From NCBI GenBank assembly GCA_045106415.1, contig JBGCEP010000021.1:1-29154 (forward strand): 29,154 bases of DNA. Direction: 5' to 3'. The notes beneath the pieces were generated by a model, which saw only the letters and a list, made by a program, of their open reading frames with translations, was not told the origin of the DNA and searched no databases. A program made the position numbers and the translations under genes. This document shows positions 1 to 9,605 of this stretch, one piece after another. The DNA comes from Oligoflexales bacterium (GTDB taxonomy: Bacteria; Bdellovibrionota_B; Oligoflexia; Oligoflexales; Bog-1112). Numbering within the stretch: position 1 is the first letter of the stretch; each line of letters opens with the position of its first letter.

Positions 1-365
1 TCACTCCGATTTTTATCGCAGCGATTTTTGTATCCAAATGTTTTTTTTATTTATAAAACCGATAAGCCGCAAGTATCGACGAATACTCCGTGGAGAAATA
101 CCCCCCAATCTTGAGCCATTTCTTTGGAACTTCTATTAGGTTTTTCTTCTACAAATTTTCTAAATTTTTCCAAGTCTTGAATCTTACTTGGTCCCTGTTC
201 ACGTTTCCGTGGTTTCAGAGAACCAGTCTCCGTCAGTTTCTTTTTCCAATTATAGATTGTTTTACGAGCGATATTGAAAGTCTCACGGATAGAGCTATCG
301 GTATAGCCAGATTCTATTGCATCAATCACTTTATTCTTCAAGTCTAATGAGTATAACTTCGGCAT
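1..365 (-). pseudogene. IS630-family transposase, N-terminal HTH part, frameshifted, runs off the window edge
   Basis: From ATG 365 it reads MPKLYSLDLKNKVIDAIESG...TFNIARKTIYNWKK..ETGSLKP, typical of the IS630 HTH. After a G6 run (101-106) the family-like GISPRSIRRYLRLIGFINKK lies in another frame. After an A8 run (41-48) KKTFGYKNRCDKNRSE follows in the original frame. The element's left end is possibly at the TA at 455-456 (tentative). Confidence 0.85.
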
Positions 366-823
366 GTCAATTCCAAATATTTGATAAATTAGGAACAACA
401 CACTAAATTTATAAGATAAAATCACATCTCTCGAGTTCAAGTTTATAAGGGGAATAGATCCAGTCTGGGTGAATAAATAAAACCAGCCAATGCTATATCT
501 AAAGGGAACAATTCTACTCCCTAAGCGCCCAAAAAAATCGGTTTATATTATCCCATAATTCGGTACCCGATACGCTTTTAGTAATTCATATTATATGAAT
601 TTTTGTTTTGCTATGCACCTTGAAAAAGAAATATCTTTAGATACTAAAGACTTTCGATTTTTACCACTTCCAACTTTATCTTTTGGTAAAGCAATTTAAA
701 AAAACAAAGAAAAACTCTATAAAACATAAAGAAATTTATCAAAAAAACAATATTCACAACTCTTTTCTTCGTAAATAAAAAATCATTTTCAACCAGAGTG
801 TCTATTGTTGAAGTTAAATAGTT

Positions 824-1113
824 TTTTATTCATTGATGGATGCTGCATATGACTCTACGGCGATTAAAAATCACGTTAGAAGTAAGGGTCAAGCGCCGAT
901 TGTGAACCACAGCTCAAGAAAAGAAGGGAAATAAAGCTGCCTCCTCCTGAGAAGAAAATATATAAAGCTCACTCATCTTCAGAGCGTGTAAATAGTTATT
1001 TGAAAGATGCTTTTGGAGGAAGACAACTAAGAGTAATAGGAACCAAAAAATTCATGATGTCATTGAGTTTAGGTCGGCTTGTCATAGCCTCACAACAGCT
1101 CATGAAAATTTAA
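824..1113 (+). pseudogene. DDE transposase C-terminal remnant (IS5/IS1182-like), frameshifted
   Basis: Manual translation gives YSLMDAAYDSTAIKNHVRSKGQAPIVNHSSRK, a frameshift near 930, then EKKIYKAHSSSERVNSYLKDAFGGRQLRVIGTKKFM...QQLMKI*. It contains the DxAYD and YxxxxxxERxNSxLK catalytic-type motifs. Absent from the ORF track. Confidence 0.75.
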
Positions 1114-1266
1114 GTTTCCGGCCGAATTTTTCAGATTCTTAGGGATCGGTGCGTCTAAATCATTTAAAAATGATGAAATGATTTGCGTTGTGATGAACTT
1201 CATTTCCAGAAATATAATCTTCCTCTAACATGCTTGTGGATTTAGAATATTTTTAAATCAGCTCTA

Positions 1267-2166
1267 TTAATAAAAATCAACTCTAGGCGAAAACATAGAG
1301 CCCTTTGCTTGAATAGACAGTTTTCCTCGAGTTGCTCTTTGTGCCGCAGCATCTGCAATCCAAGCATATTGCTCATCAAGCTCCAGATCTATATTCAAAG
1401 ACATATTCGATCTTTCCATTGGTGACTTAAATCCTATCTGCCCTGACATAAGCAGTTTAACATCTGAAGCATCAAAACCTGATCCCTTCATGAAACTTAA
1501 GGTCCCTTTTTCAAGCACACCTTGAATGCCAGCTGTTTTAAAAACTTGCTCAGGAAAACCGACCGTTGGTTTAAAAACAAGCTTTCCTTTAGCAATATCC
1601 AGCTTCATATCCCCTTGCCAATCCTGTGGATCTCCTGCTCCCATATCCATCTGAATAAAGCCATTAAGTAAACCTTGTACACTCATTTCACTCAACAATG
1701 ACCCAAACTGCGATTGACTCGACACCTGCCCTAAAGCATAGGCAGTCGGAGCCTGTAAGCTAAATTTATCAGCGCTTAACTCAAGATAGGCAAGCTCAAA
1801 ATTCCCCTGAATCAAGTCAAGTAGCTTAATGCGGACGTCACCTTCTAAAATCCCACCTCGGTCATCAATAATTTCAGCTTGCAGAACAATACGTCCTAAA
1901 AAAAGTCGCCATGACTGTACATAGAAATTAATTTTTTTGAATCCAACAGCACCAGCTTTAGATCCTAAAACAACTCCATATGCAGAAACCCCTAAAGGAA
2001 AATGAATACTCATATCTTCAACTTTAAGCTCAAGCCCTGCCTGCTCTCGTAAAGCCCCCACAGCAGCTTGCTTTAAAACAGGAGTGGGAAATGTCACATA
2101 AAAGAAGAAAACAAAACTAAATAAGAATAAGAAAACCAAACCAAAAAATTTCAAACGCTGTCTCAT
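1267..2166 (-). CDS. gspN: Type II secretion system protein GspN (Geobacter/Leptospira-type)
   Basis: N-terminal TM helix ending YVTFP, then a beta-rich periplasmic body ending KGSMFSP. Last gene after gspM, with an ATGA overlap. Confidence 0.75.
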   Translation of the reverse strand: MRQRLKFFGLVFLFLFSFVFFFYVTFPTPVLKQAAVGALREQAGLELKVEDMSIHFPLGVSAYGVVLGSKAGAVGFKKINFYVQSWRLFLGRIVLQAEIIDDRGGILEGDVRIKLLDLIQGNFELAYLELSADKFSLQAPTAYALGQVSSQSQFGSLLSEMSVQGLLNGFIQMDMGAGDPQDWQGDMKLDIAKGKLVFKPTVGFPEQVFKTAGIQGVLEKGTLSFMKGSGFDASDVKLLMSGQIGFKSPMERSNMSLNIDLELDEQYAWIADAAAQRATRGKLSIQAKGSMFSPRVDFY

Positions 2167-2825
2167 GAAGCCCCTCTTACTTGATAACCACGAACTTCTA
2201 CTTCACCATCAAAATACAGACGAGTCCCAAAGCGGCCTCGAACTTCTAATGTTTGCACTCTCAAAAGATGTGAAGATTTTTCAATTTCAATTAAAAATCG
2301 TAATAAACGAGGAATCGATATTTTAGGCATCCTCATATCTGCATGCAATTCTGATACAAAGTCAGATAATGGGTTTAATTTAGGGAAATCGACAGTTTCT
2401 TCCGTTAAACCTTCCACTGTGACACTTTGGCTTCTTGAAAGCTTTTCAAAAAATGGTTTGATTCTCAATGAGCTAGTTTTTCTTTTAATAAGTTTTCTAA
2501 GCTCTGAAAATCTTTTATCCTCTGCGGCATCGTTTGCTTTAAGCTCTTTAAGATCAGCATGAGCCTGCAAAGCAATATTAAGGTCCCGTTCAAGGTGATG
2601 TATTTGACTAAAATAAAGCCAAAAAGCTGAAAGCACAACAACCCCGAGCCCGCCGCCGATGACAGCCATCACCCCTAATCGAGCATTGTCTGGAAGTTTG
2701 TAAAAACTATCCATCGCAAAATCAAGGCGCTCGTTATTCGCTCCTAAAACTTTTTTTCCGATAGATTCTAAAAACCTATCTATCTCAACACGCACACGTC
2801 GGACTATATCTTCTAACACACTCAT
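2163..2825 (-). CDS. gspM: T2SS assembly platform protein GspM (PilO-like)
   Basis: Single TM, coiled segment and ferredoxin-like C-terminus (LLRFLIEIEKS..LRVQTLEV). Lies between gspL and gspN. Confidence 0.65.
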   Translation of the reverse strand: MSVLEDIVRRVRVEIDRFLESIGKKVLGANNERLDFAMDSFYKLPDNARLGVMAVIGGGLGVVVLSAFWLYFSQIHHLERDLNIALQAHADLKELKANDAAEDKRFSELRKLIKRKTSSLRIKPFFEKLSRSQSVTVEGLTEETVDFPKLNPLSDFVSELHADMRMPKISIPRLLRFLIEIEKSSHLLRVQTLEVRGRFGTRLYFDGEVEVRGYQVRGAS

Positions 2826-2827
2826 CG

Positions 2828-4504
2828 TTAGACACCCTCCACAGCATCATGATCTTGGCCTTTGTAAACACCTTGCACAACAAATTCAATAATATTACCA
2901 CTTGATCCTATTTTTGCTCCCGATGACTTCTCTTCAACCTCTTCTAAAAGTTTAATACTTTGTAGCGCAGTAATTATTTCTGCCTGGGTGGCATAACTAT
3001 CTGTTTCAGCTTTTAAACGAATAAAACCACTTCCATCCGGTCTGGTCTCATATCGAAATAAAGTCACGTCAACCAAGAGCTCTTTTGGTATTTTCTCACT
3101 GATTTTTTGCAATACCCTAAAAGCACCTGAATCCGAATTATCTTGTAAAAAACCTTCTACAGCTGCTTTTTTAGATTGTATTCTTTCTCTAAAACGATTT
3201 TCACCATCTTTTTTCAATCTATCAAAGGAAAAATTATGAGGTCGATGTTTTTTCTTCATATCAGGAAATGTTGAAACAAGTTCATTACGATATTGATTCT
3301 GCACAACTTCAATTTTACTGCTATAGATTGCGTATTGTACGGTATAGCTTAAACATAATAATATAATCGCTATGGAAAACACCTTTGCGATTGTGGTCGC
3401 TCGCTGTAAAACGGATTCATAATCTTGTACATATGCATAACTTCCGCGTCGCAAATTAATTTGTGAATGCTGCTTCACATTACCTATAGCCCGCAGACCA
3501 ATCGAAATCCCTTGGGACATTTCAGGAAAATCATCATTCATATGATCTTGATAAAGGAGGCTTGTATCACTGTATTTGCATCGAGAGGAGTTCGTTTCCA
3601 GATGCTCACCAACAAACTCCGGAAACATTCCAAGGCGACTTGTTCCACCTGAAAGATAAATATGCTCAATAGGGACTTCATTCCAACTTTTAAATGCATG
3701 AAAAGTTCGTCCAATTTCTTTAATAATACCATTACAGGCAATTGTCGTTCTTTCTGCTATATGTCTTTCTTCTTGACTAAGACTTGAACCTCGATCTTCT
3801 GAGAAAAGAACACGACTTACATCGTGCTTAATTCGTTGAGCTTGATTAAATGACGTTTCCATGTCTCTACTTAAAAATTCACTGATGTAGCGACCACCTA
3901 AATTAATCGACCTAAACATTCTCAGGACACCACCTTCAATAATGCAGACAGATGTTTTTTCATGTCCCACATCAACCAAGCTGATACATCGACCTTGTTC
4001 AGAATCTAAGTATGGAGCAAGGTTATAAAAAGCAAGAGAATCAACATCAACAATTTTTGGGTCAATATTAATTCTTTGAAGATGATCTAAAAAAGATCCT
4101 AAAAAACTTTTCCGAGTCATCACAACCAAAACCATTGTTTGATTGCCTTTAGTCCCTAAAATTTGATGATCGACGATCATATCATCAAGGTGAAAAGGAA
4201 CTTGGTCTTCGACCATCGCAATTAAAGATTGTTGAATTTTATGCGGATCAGAGAAATAGAAGGGCAAAATTCTTGTTGAAACATACTGACCAGGCATAGC
4301 TGCCATAATACGATCAGCTTGAATTTGATTCTCAGAGAAAAGTTGTTCAAGGCAAGTCGGGATAATGATGTCTTGTGAAACTTCATCAATATTAGGAATC
4401 ACATTCGAATAGTAGTTCGATATCTCATGAGACTTAAAGCTGTTTACAATTTCAACAGCTTTGACTGAATAGCTCCCGATATCTAGACCTATCACTTTTT
4501 GCAT
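2828..4504 (-). CDS. gspL: T2SS GspL, PilM-like actin-fold cytoplasmic domain fused to TM and PilN-like periplasmic domain
   Basis: IGLDIGSYSVK, VDVGHEKT and YLSGGTS motifs; INLRRG linker; TM segment FSIAIILLCLSY. Follows gspK. Confidence 0.8.
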   Translation of the reverse strand: MQKVIGLDIGSYSVKAVEIVNSFKSHEISNYYSNVIPNIDEVSQDIIIPTCLEQLFSENQIQADRIMAAMPGQYVSTRILPFYFSDPHKIQQSLIAMVEDQVPFHLDDMIVDHQILGTKGNQTMVLVVMTRKSFLGSFLDHLQRINIDPKIVDVDSLAFYNLAPYLDSEQGRCISLVDVGHEKTSVCIIEGGVLRMFRSINLGGRYISEFLSRDMETSFNQAQRIKHDVSRVLFSEDRGSSLSQEERHIAERTTIACNGIIKEIGRTFHAFKSWNEVPIEHIYLSGGTSRLGMFPEFVGEHLETNSSRCKYSDTSLLYQDHMNDDFPEMSQGISIGLRAIGNVKQHSQINLRRGSYAYVQDYESVLQRATTIAKVFSIAIILLCLSYTVQYAIYSSKIEVVQNQYRNELVSTFPDMKKKHRPHNFSFDRLKKDGENRFRERIQSKKAAVEGFLQDNSDSGAFRVLQKISEKIPKELLVDVTLFRYETRPDGSGFIRLKAETDSYATQAEIITALQSIKLLEEVEEKSSGAKIGSSGNIIEFVVQGVYKGQDHDAVEGV

Positions 4505-4544
4505 TCTATACCCTCTCTAAGTCTTTCAGACAGTCTTATCTTTT

Positions 4545-5798
4545 TCACAATAACTTCCAGTAAGCAATTTCATAAGCTCTATTAATTTTTGGAGCTTTTC
4601 GAAATCCTTCTCCTGAACTTCTCATACGAACAACAGCCTCAAGTGTCCTTTCCTGCTCTCCGGTGGACCCTTTTGCTGTAATTCGAAAAGTATTACTATA
4701 TTTTCGGAACCATGTTTTATAATCGCTTGCTTTACCTTTATCTTCATCTTGAACAGAGCTCATGCAAGTGAGTGACTCAACCGCTTCTTCAACACTTCCT
4801 GCTACAATAGGATGCCCCTGTTTCTTTAAATTGTGATAGTGCAAAACTGCCTTCTCACGACACTGCTGGTCTTTTTCTGCAAGACCTAAGCAGTATAAAA
4901 ACGGCTGACTCACATTCTGCAAATTAATTTTTGAAGCCGTTCCTTTTTCCTTTGTATGATAAGGATATACGGTTAAATATGGCGCAAAAATCGCATGCAG
5001 GTCTTCATCCCATCCATCAACTAATTTCAGCTGATCTAAAGACCAAAAAGGCTCTTTCGGCTGAGTTTTATAAGCCGGCTCCATCGATTCATACGGTTCA
5101 TCTCGATAGGCAAAACCTGCTTTCTCAGGTGTCGCTGATGGAGCAATAAAATCTCTTAATCGATAAGCTATTGTTTCTGGGTCTAGACCCTTATTTTCTA
5201 AAAAATATTTTTCTGCAGGACAGGAAAATAACGCAGTTAATTGCATCAACGTTTCTTCACAACGACCTAACACACAATTATTTAAATTAATTTTAGCACT
5301 CTCATCTTCAATCTTGACGGTAAACTCATCTTCAAACAAAGCCATGGTTTCAGCAAGGTCTTCACCAAACACTCCACCCAGCCCAAAAGGATCTGCATCT
5401 TCATCTTGCCCTGAGTTTCCTGCTCGCAAGAGCTCAACAGTTCTCCTTCCAAACGCAGGGACTGTATTCAGACGCTGAGCGAAATCACTTGTATCATTCA
5501 CCAAAGATCCGCCTGTTGGATCTGTTTGTAACGAAAATAAATTACGCGCCCAATCAACACTTAACGTCAAAAGAGCCAAGCGAAACCCTGACTCCGCGAG
5601 AGCTTCTGCTTGAACTCTATCTTTCTCTTGGCTTGCAAGCTGTAAATTCACGGCTGAATTGATAATCACATCTCCAACGACTCCCATCATAAGTGCAACA
5701 GCTGCAAGAGCAATAAGAAGAGAAACCCCTTTTTCTTCTTCTTTTCTAAACTCTGGCGCTGCACTATTTCCCACAGGAAAACCCCAGCGGCTTTTCAT
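4545..5798 (-). CDS. gspK: T2SS minor pseudopilin GspK
   Basis: KG|VSLLIAL prepilin-like site without Glu5, QAEALAESG, IEDESAKINLN, LDQLKLVDG and LTVY motifs. Confidence 0.9.
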   Translation of the reverse strand: MKSRWGFPVGNSAAPEFRKEEEKGVSLLIALAAVALMMGVVGDVIINSAVNLQLASQEKDRVQAEALAESGFRLALLTLSVDWARNLFSLQTDPTGGSLVNDTSDFAQRLNTVPAFGRRTVELLRAGNSGQDEDADPFGLGGVFGEDLAETMALFEDEFTVKIEDESAKINLNNCVLGRCEETLMQLTALFSCPAEKYFLENKGLDPETIAYRLRDFIAPSATPEKAGFAYRDEPYESMEPAYKTQPKEPFWSLDQLKLVDGWDEDLHAIFAPYLTVYPYHTKEKGTASKINLQNVSQPFLYCLGLAEKDQQCREKAVLHYHNLKKQGHPIVAGSVEEAVESLTCMSSVQDEDKGKASDYKTWFRKYSNTFRITAKGSTGEQERTLEAVVRMRSSGEGFRKAPKINRAYEIAYWKLL

Positions 5799-5810
5799 AC
5801 TTCCATCTCC

Positions 5811-6533
5811 TTAAAGCCTAAGAGTTGTGATCGGGTCTTTTAAAGTTTCAGAATCCAGCGAGTATGCTAAACGTATAACTGTCGCAAAACGCCGCGCCCT
5901 TAACCTCTCCGTTGGAATTCCTTCTTCGTAATCTAAAGCCTCCAGAATAACCCGAGCCATTGGTGGCAACTTATCTCTTGTGTCACGCCCTTGTGAATCC
6001 CATCTATCTTTAGACCAACTTTCACCATTAAAAGTTTCAACACGAAAAGTTTTTATATCACGAGCTATAAGCTCCATAGAAGGAAGCTCTTCAAAGCTTT
6101 CAGGAAGCCTACCGCTTGTACCTCTATAAAGATGTTTACGCCCTTCTTTTTCTTCAACACGATAAACAACAAAAGAGATATCAGAAACTTTTTCATTCTT
6201 GCGAATGCTTTTATGATCTCGATACGTTAGTCTTAATTCATCTGCATGAGTACCTTTTTGGAGTCGGAAAACAGTTTTTTTTCTAGCTCCTTCCACATGC
6301 CTTAAGTCATCACTAGGAATAATATAAGCATGCTGTAAATCATTCGTTACACGCCTCATGGCAACTCGAAAACTGTGTGATGAACGGTATTCTAACGATA
6401 GACTTTCACGAACATCGAAACTGGAACTCATCATCTGTGCGACAGCTACAACCATAGTGACTAAAATTCCAATACTCACTAGAACTTCAACAAGAGTGAA
6501 CCCATCTTGACTTGTTTGTTGTTTAGCTGTCAC
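5811..6533 (-). CDS. gspJ: T2SS minor pseudopilin GspJ
   Basis: G|FTLVEVLV class III signal, DLQHA, VVYRV, W..RWDS and LPPMARV. Start moved from 6659 to GTG 6533, which is 9 nt after AGGAG; ATG 6542 is an alternative. Confidence 0.85.
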   Translation of the reverse strand: MTAKQQTSQDGFTLVEVLVSIGILVTMVVAVAQMMSSSFDVRESLSLEYRSSHSFRVAMRRVTNDLQHAYIIPSDDLRHVEGARKKTVFRLQKGTHADELRLTYRDHKSIRKNEKVSDISFVVYRVEEKEGRKHLYRGTSGRLPESFEELPSMELIARDIKTFRVETFNGESWSKDRWDSQGRDTRDKLPPMARVILEALDYEEGIPTERLRARRFATVIRLAYSLDSETLKDPITTLRL

Positions 6534-7176
6534 TATCACCATCTCCTTTTTGAGAAGATCTTGACTGAGGTGGGGGAGGGGTTTCTGAAGATGTGGCTGA
6601 TTTCTTCTTCTTGTTCCCATTCTTTGGTGGATAAGAAGGAAGCGTATGGATAACATCATCGAGTGCTTTTTGATTTGTTAAAAGCGTCGTTAAAACAACA
6701 CTATCTCGCGTTGCACCTCCGTCAGCCCAAAAAACTTCAACACTAGCTATCTTTAAAATTGAATCTCCAAAAATCTTTTTTGCTTGCTCTTGCACCGCTT
6801 GCATTTGTGCACTCGCATCATCTCCAGCAAACAGTTCTAACAGAGGAAGCTTCCAATCCTGAATCGTTGCCACAAAGGTATAATCACAACCAAAGTCCGG
6901 GTTCGGCGAACAAAGAACTTCGTCAAATTTTTGCTCTTGAGGTGTTGTTGTTTTTATTTCAGAAAAAGGCAGGTGCGACCATGCATATTCAATTTCACTC
7001 ATCTTCGCCTTTGCAAGATATATAGCCTCAGCACTGCGTCGACCGTATGCAGCAAAGTCAATTGCTCTTCCGTGAACACCAGCAACCTCCAAAATCACGG
7101 TCACCATGACCCCAATAGCGATCACAGTCTCAAGGAGTGTAAAACTTGACTCTGAATGGGTGTTTTTAGATCTCAT
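6523..7176 (-). CDS. gspI: T2SS minor pseudopilin GspI
   Basis: S|FTLLETVIAIGVM signal, AIYLAKAKMSEIE and VEVFW. Lies between gspH and gspJ. Start taken as ATG 7176. Confidence 0.8.
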   Translation of the reverse strand: MRSKNTHSESSFTLLETVIAIGVMVTVILEVAGVHGRAIDFAAYGRRSAEAIYLAKAKMSEIEYAWSHLPFSEIKTTTPQEQKFDEVLCSPNPDFGCDYTFVATIQDWKLPLLELFAGDDASAQMQAVQEQAKKIFGDSILKIASVEVFWADGGATRDSVVLTTLLTNQKALDDVIHTLPSYPPKNGNKKKKSATSSETPPPPQSRSSQKGDGDSDS

Positions 7177-7954
7177 CTCGCACACTCTCTTCTTCATACC
7201 CATCTCGAATATCAATCTCTCCTGTCCAAGGAGACGTGACTAAAGTATACGGAGGACGATCAGGATCATAACCATCTCCAATTCTCTCTCGCAAATGCAT
7301 GACTGCTTTTTCTAAATAACCAGAAGGCAACATATAGATATACACAACTGCATCTGTTTCTAAGTCTTCTACAATCTGAGGTTCTGATAAATGGGAAACA
7401 GACACATCTGCAATCATAAGCTCAGGACCTAAGGAACGAAATCTCCATTCCATTGACTTGACTTTTCTCCACGACGCTCCAAGCAAGAGGGACTCTGCTT
7501 TCACAACAGGACTTGCGATAGCAACACTTTCGCCGCTTTCTTCATCTACAACATCTTCTGCTGCTAAATCTAAATATTCTTGAAAAGCTTCTTTTTTATA
7601 TTCAGCTTCTGCTTGGGCGTCTTCTGGAGGTAAATCATGATCTTGAAGTTCATCACCTAAAAGGATATGAGTCTGCTCAGTGCTTTCAAGCCAGTAATCT
7701 CCACTGTATAAATGAAAAACCAAACGATGAGGTTTTCCACTCAGCACAGACATATCATAAGCTGAGCGAAAGTCACTTCCAAGACGAGAAAGGCGTACAG
7801 CAATTTCAGTCGCTTGGTTCAAACCTAAGTTTGGGACCAAGAGACTGTAAGCAGCACTCATAATTGCAAGAACCAGAACAATCTCAAGAAGCGTAAAGCC
7901 TCGAGATCCTTTAAGACTCAGAGTCCCCGGTATCTTCTGGTTCTGGGTATACAA
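7166..7954 (-). CDS. gspH: T2SS minor pseudopilin GspH
   Basis: RG|FTLLEIVLVLAIM signal and C-terminal MLPSG...SPWTG. Start is uncertain (TTG 7954 or CTG 7921); overlaps the gspG 3' end. Confidence 0.8.
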   Translation of the reverse strand: MYTQNQKIPGTLSLKGSRGFTLLEIVLVLAIMSAAYSLLVPNLGLNQATEIAVRLSRLGSDFRSAYDMSVLSGKPHRLVFHLYSGDYWLESTEQTHILLGDELQDHDLPPEDAQAEAEYKKEAFQEYLDLAAEDVVDEESGESVAIASPVVKAESLLLGASWRKVKSMEWRFRSLGPELMIADVSVSHLSEPQIVEDLETDAVVYIYMLPSGYLEKAVMHLRERIGDGYDPDRPPYTLVTSPWTGEIDIRDGYEEESVRDEI

Positions 7955-8345
7955 TGTCTTTATCTGTTCCAAGTGCCTGGTCCTTGCCAGCTGAGCGAAT
8001 TTCAAACTTAAATCCATCTGATTCATATTCGAATGCGCTGTCCCACGGATCTGCTAATTTATTCTTCTCAATATAGGGACCTCTCCAGCCTTTAGTCCCA
8101 CTTACATTATCCACTAAATCTTCAAGAGACGCTGGGTATTTTCTATTGTGTATCTTATAAATTTGTAGCGCTTGAGCAATATTACCCATTGCAAGACGAG
8201 CCTCATCCTCCATCGCACTATCCGCAGTATCGGTAATACTACGAATAAGAATCGTCATAAGCGTCCCTAACAACGCAACAACCATTACAATTTCCAAAAG
8301 GGTCATCCCTCGTTCACCACGACGTCCTGCTCTTAAAAACTTCAT
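7911..8345 (-). CDS. gspG: T2SS major pseudopilin GspG
   Basis: RG|MTLLEIVMVV, YP, WRGPY, DPW and SAGKD...GT..DI motifs. ATG 8345 is preceded by GGAGG. Confidence 0.95.
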   Translation of the reverse strand: MKFLRAGRRGERGMTLLEIVMVVALLGTLMTILIRSITDTADSAMEDEARLAMGNIAQALQIYKIHNRKYPASLEDLVDNVSGTKGWRGPYIEKNKLADPWDSAFEYESDGFKFEIRSAGKDQALGTDKDIVYPEPEDTGDSES

Positions 8346-8361
8346 ATTTCTTCCTCCAGAT

Positions 8362-9594
8362 TTAACGCATACTGCCCATAATCGACAACATAGGGACCAA
8401 TAAAGCAATGACCACAATGGCAATAATGCCTGCCATTAGGATAATCATCAACGGCTCAATCAAAGAGATCATAGCACTAATCTTGCGCTCGACCTCAGCA
8501 TCATATGCATTCGCCACATGAGCGAGCATACTTTCCAAGTCACCAGTTCTCTCTCCAGTATGTACCATGTGAGTCACAAGAGAGGGAAACACATCACTTT
8601 TTTCTAAAGCGCCACCAAAACTCTCACCTTCTTGGACTGCAATTTTTGCATCCTCGACGACCTGAGCAATCACAGTATTACTAATAATATTTTTAGTAAT
8701 TTCTAACGCAGCAATAATCGGAACTCCAGAACCTAAAAGAGTTGAAAGCGTTTTCGTAAACTTCGAAACATTCAACCTAATCACAATAGGCCCAATTACG
8801 TAAAATCTTAAAATCCATGTATCAAATTTTTTACGCCCTTCTTTACTCTGGTACCAAACTTTAAAACCAAAAGTACCCACTATAGCTAAAATAATAAGCA
8901 CATACCAACGCGTCTGTAAAAAATCAGAAACTCCAATTACACCACGAGTATACCAAGGTAAAGCAACTTTTAAGCTTTGGAAAACTTTCTCTAGCTTAGG
9001 AACTACACTAATAAATAAGTAGCTCATCACAGCTAAAGAAGCACCAATCATCATAACTGGATAAGCCATAGCTGACATCACTTTGCCACGCACACCAACT
9101 TGGTATTCTTGGTAATCAGCCAATCTCTCTAAGACGAGTCCCAATGCCCCTGATGATTCTCCTGCACGCACCATATTGCAGTACAAACGATCAAATACAT
9201 TTCTATGTTGCCCCAGAGCATCAGCTAAAGACTTGCCTTCAGACACAAGGGTTCGAACATTTGCCAACGTATTTCTTAAGTAGCGATGTTCTACATGACT
9301 TGTCATCGCTTTTAAACAGTCCTCTAGAGGAACATGCGCTTGTTGCAAAGTTGCAAGTTGTCGCGTCATGACAGATAGCTCTTGCAAACTCACATTATTG
9401 CTACCACTATTAAGTTGGAAAGCTCCTTCTGATTTATTTTTTTCAAGGGCAACCTCTTCTTTCAACTCAAAGGCGTTGATTCTTTCTCGAGTTTTCAGTT
9501 GTTGACGAGCAGACCTAATTGAATCAGCTTCAATTTTACCTTTGCGGGCACTTCCAGTTTTTTCGTCATAACCCTTATATACATAAATCGGCAC
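8362..9594 (-). CDS. gspF: T2SS inner membrane platform protein GspF
   Basis: RQLATL, MVRAGESSGAL, AMAYP, LLGSGVP, GERTGDL and LIEP motifs. Start is likely GTG 9594. Confidence 0.95.
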   Translation of the reverse strand: MPIYVYKGYDEKTGSARKGKIEADSIRSARQQLKTRERINAFELKEEVALEKNKSEGAFQLNSGSNNVSLQELSVMTRQLATLQQAHVPLEDCLKAMTSHVEHRYLRNTLANVRTLVSEGKSLADALGQHRNVFDRLYCNMVRAGESSGALGLVLERLADYQEYQVGVRGKVMSAMAYPVMMIGASLAVMSYLFISVVPKLEKVFQSLKVALPWYTRGVIGVSDFLQTRWYVLIILAIVGTFGFKVWYQSKEGRKKFDTWILRFYVIGPIVIRLNVSKFTKTLSTLLGSGVPIIAALEITKNIISNTVIAQVVEDAKIAVQEGESFGGALEKSDVFPSLVTHMVHTGERTGDLESMLAHVANAYDAEVERKISAMISLIEPLMIILMAGIIAIVVIALLVPMLSIMGSMR

Positions 9595-9605
9595 GAGCAA
9601 ATATC

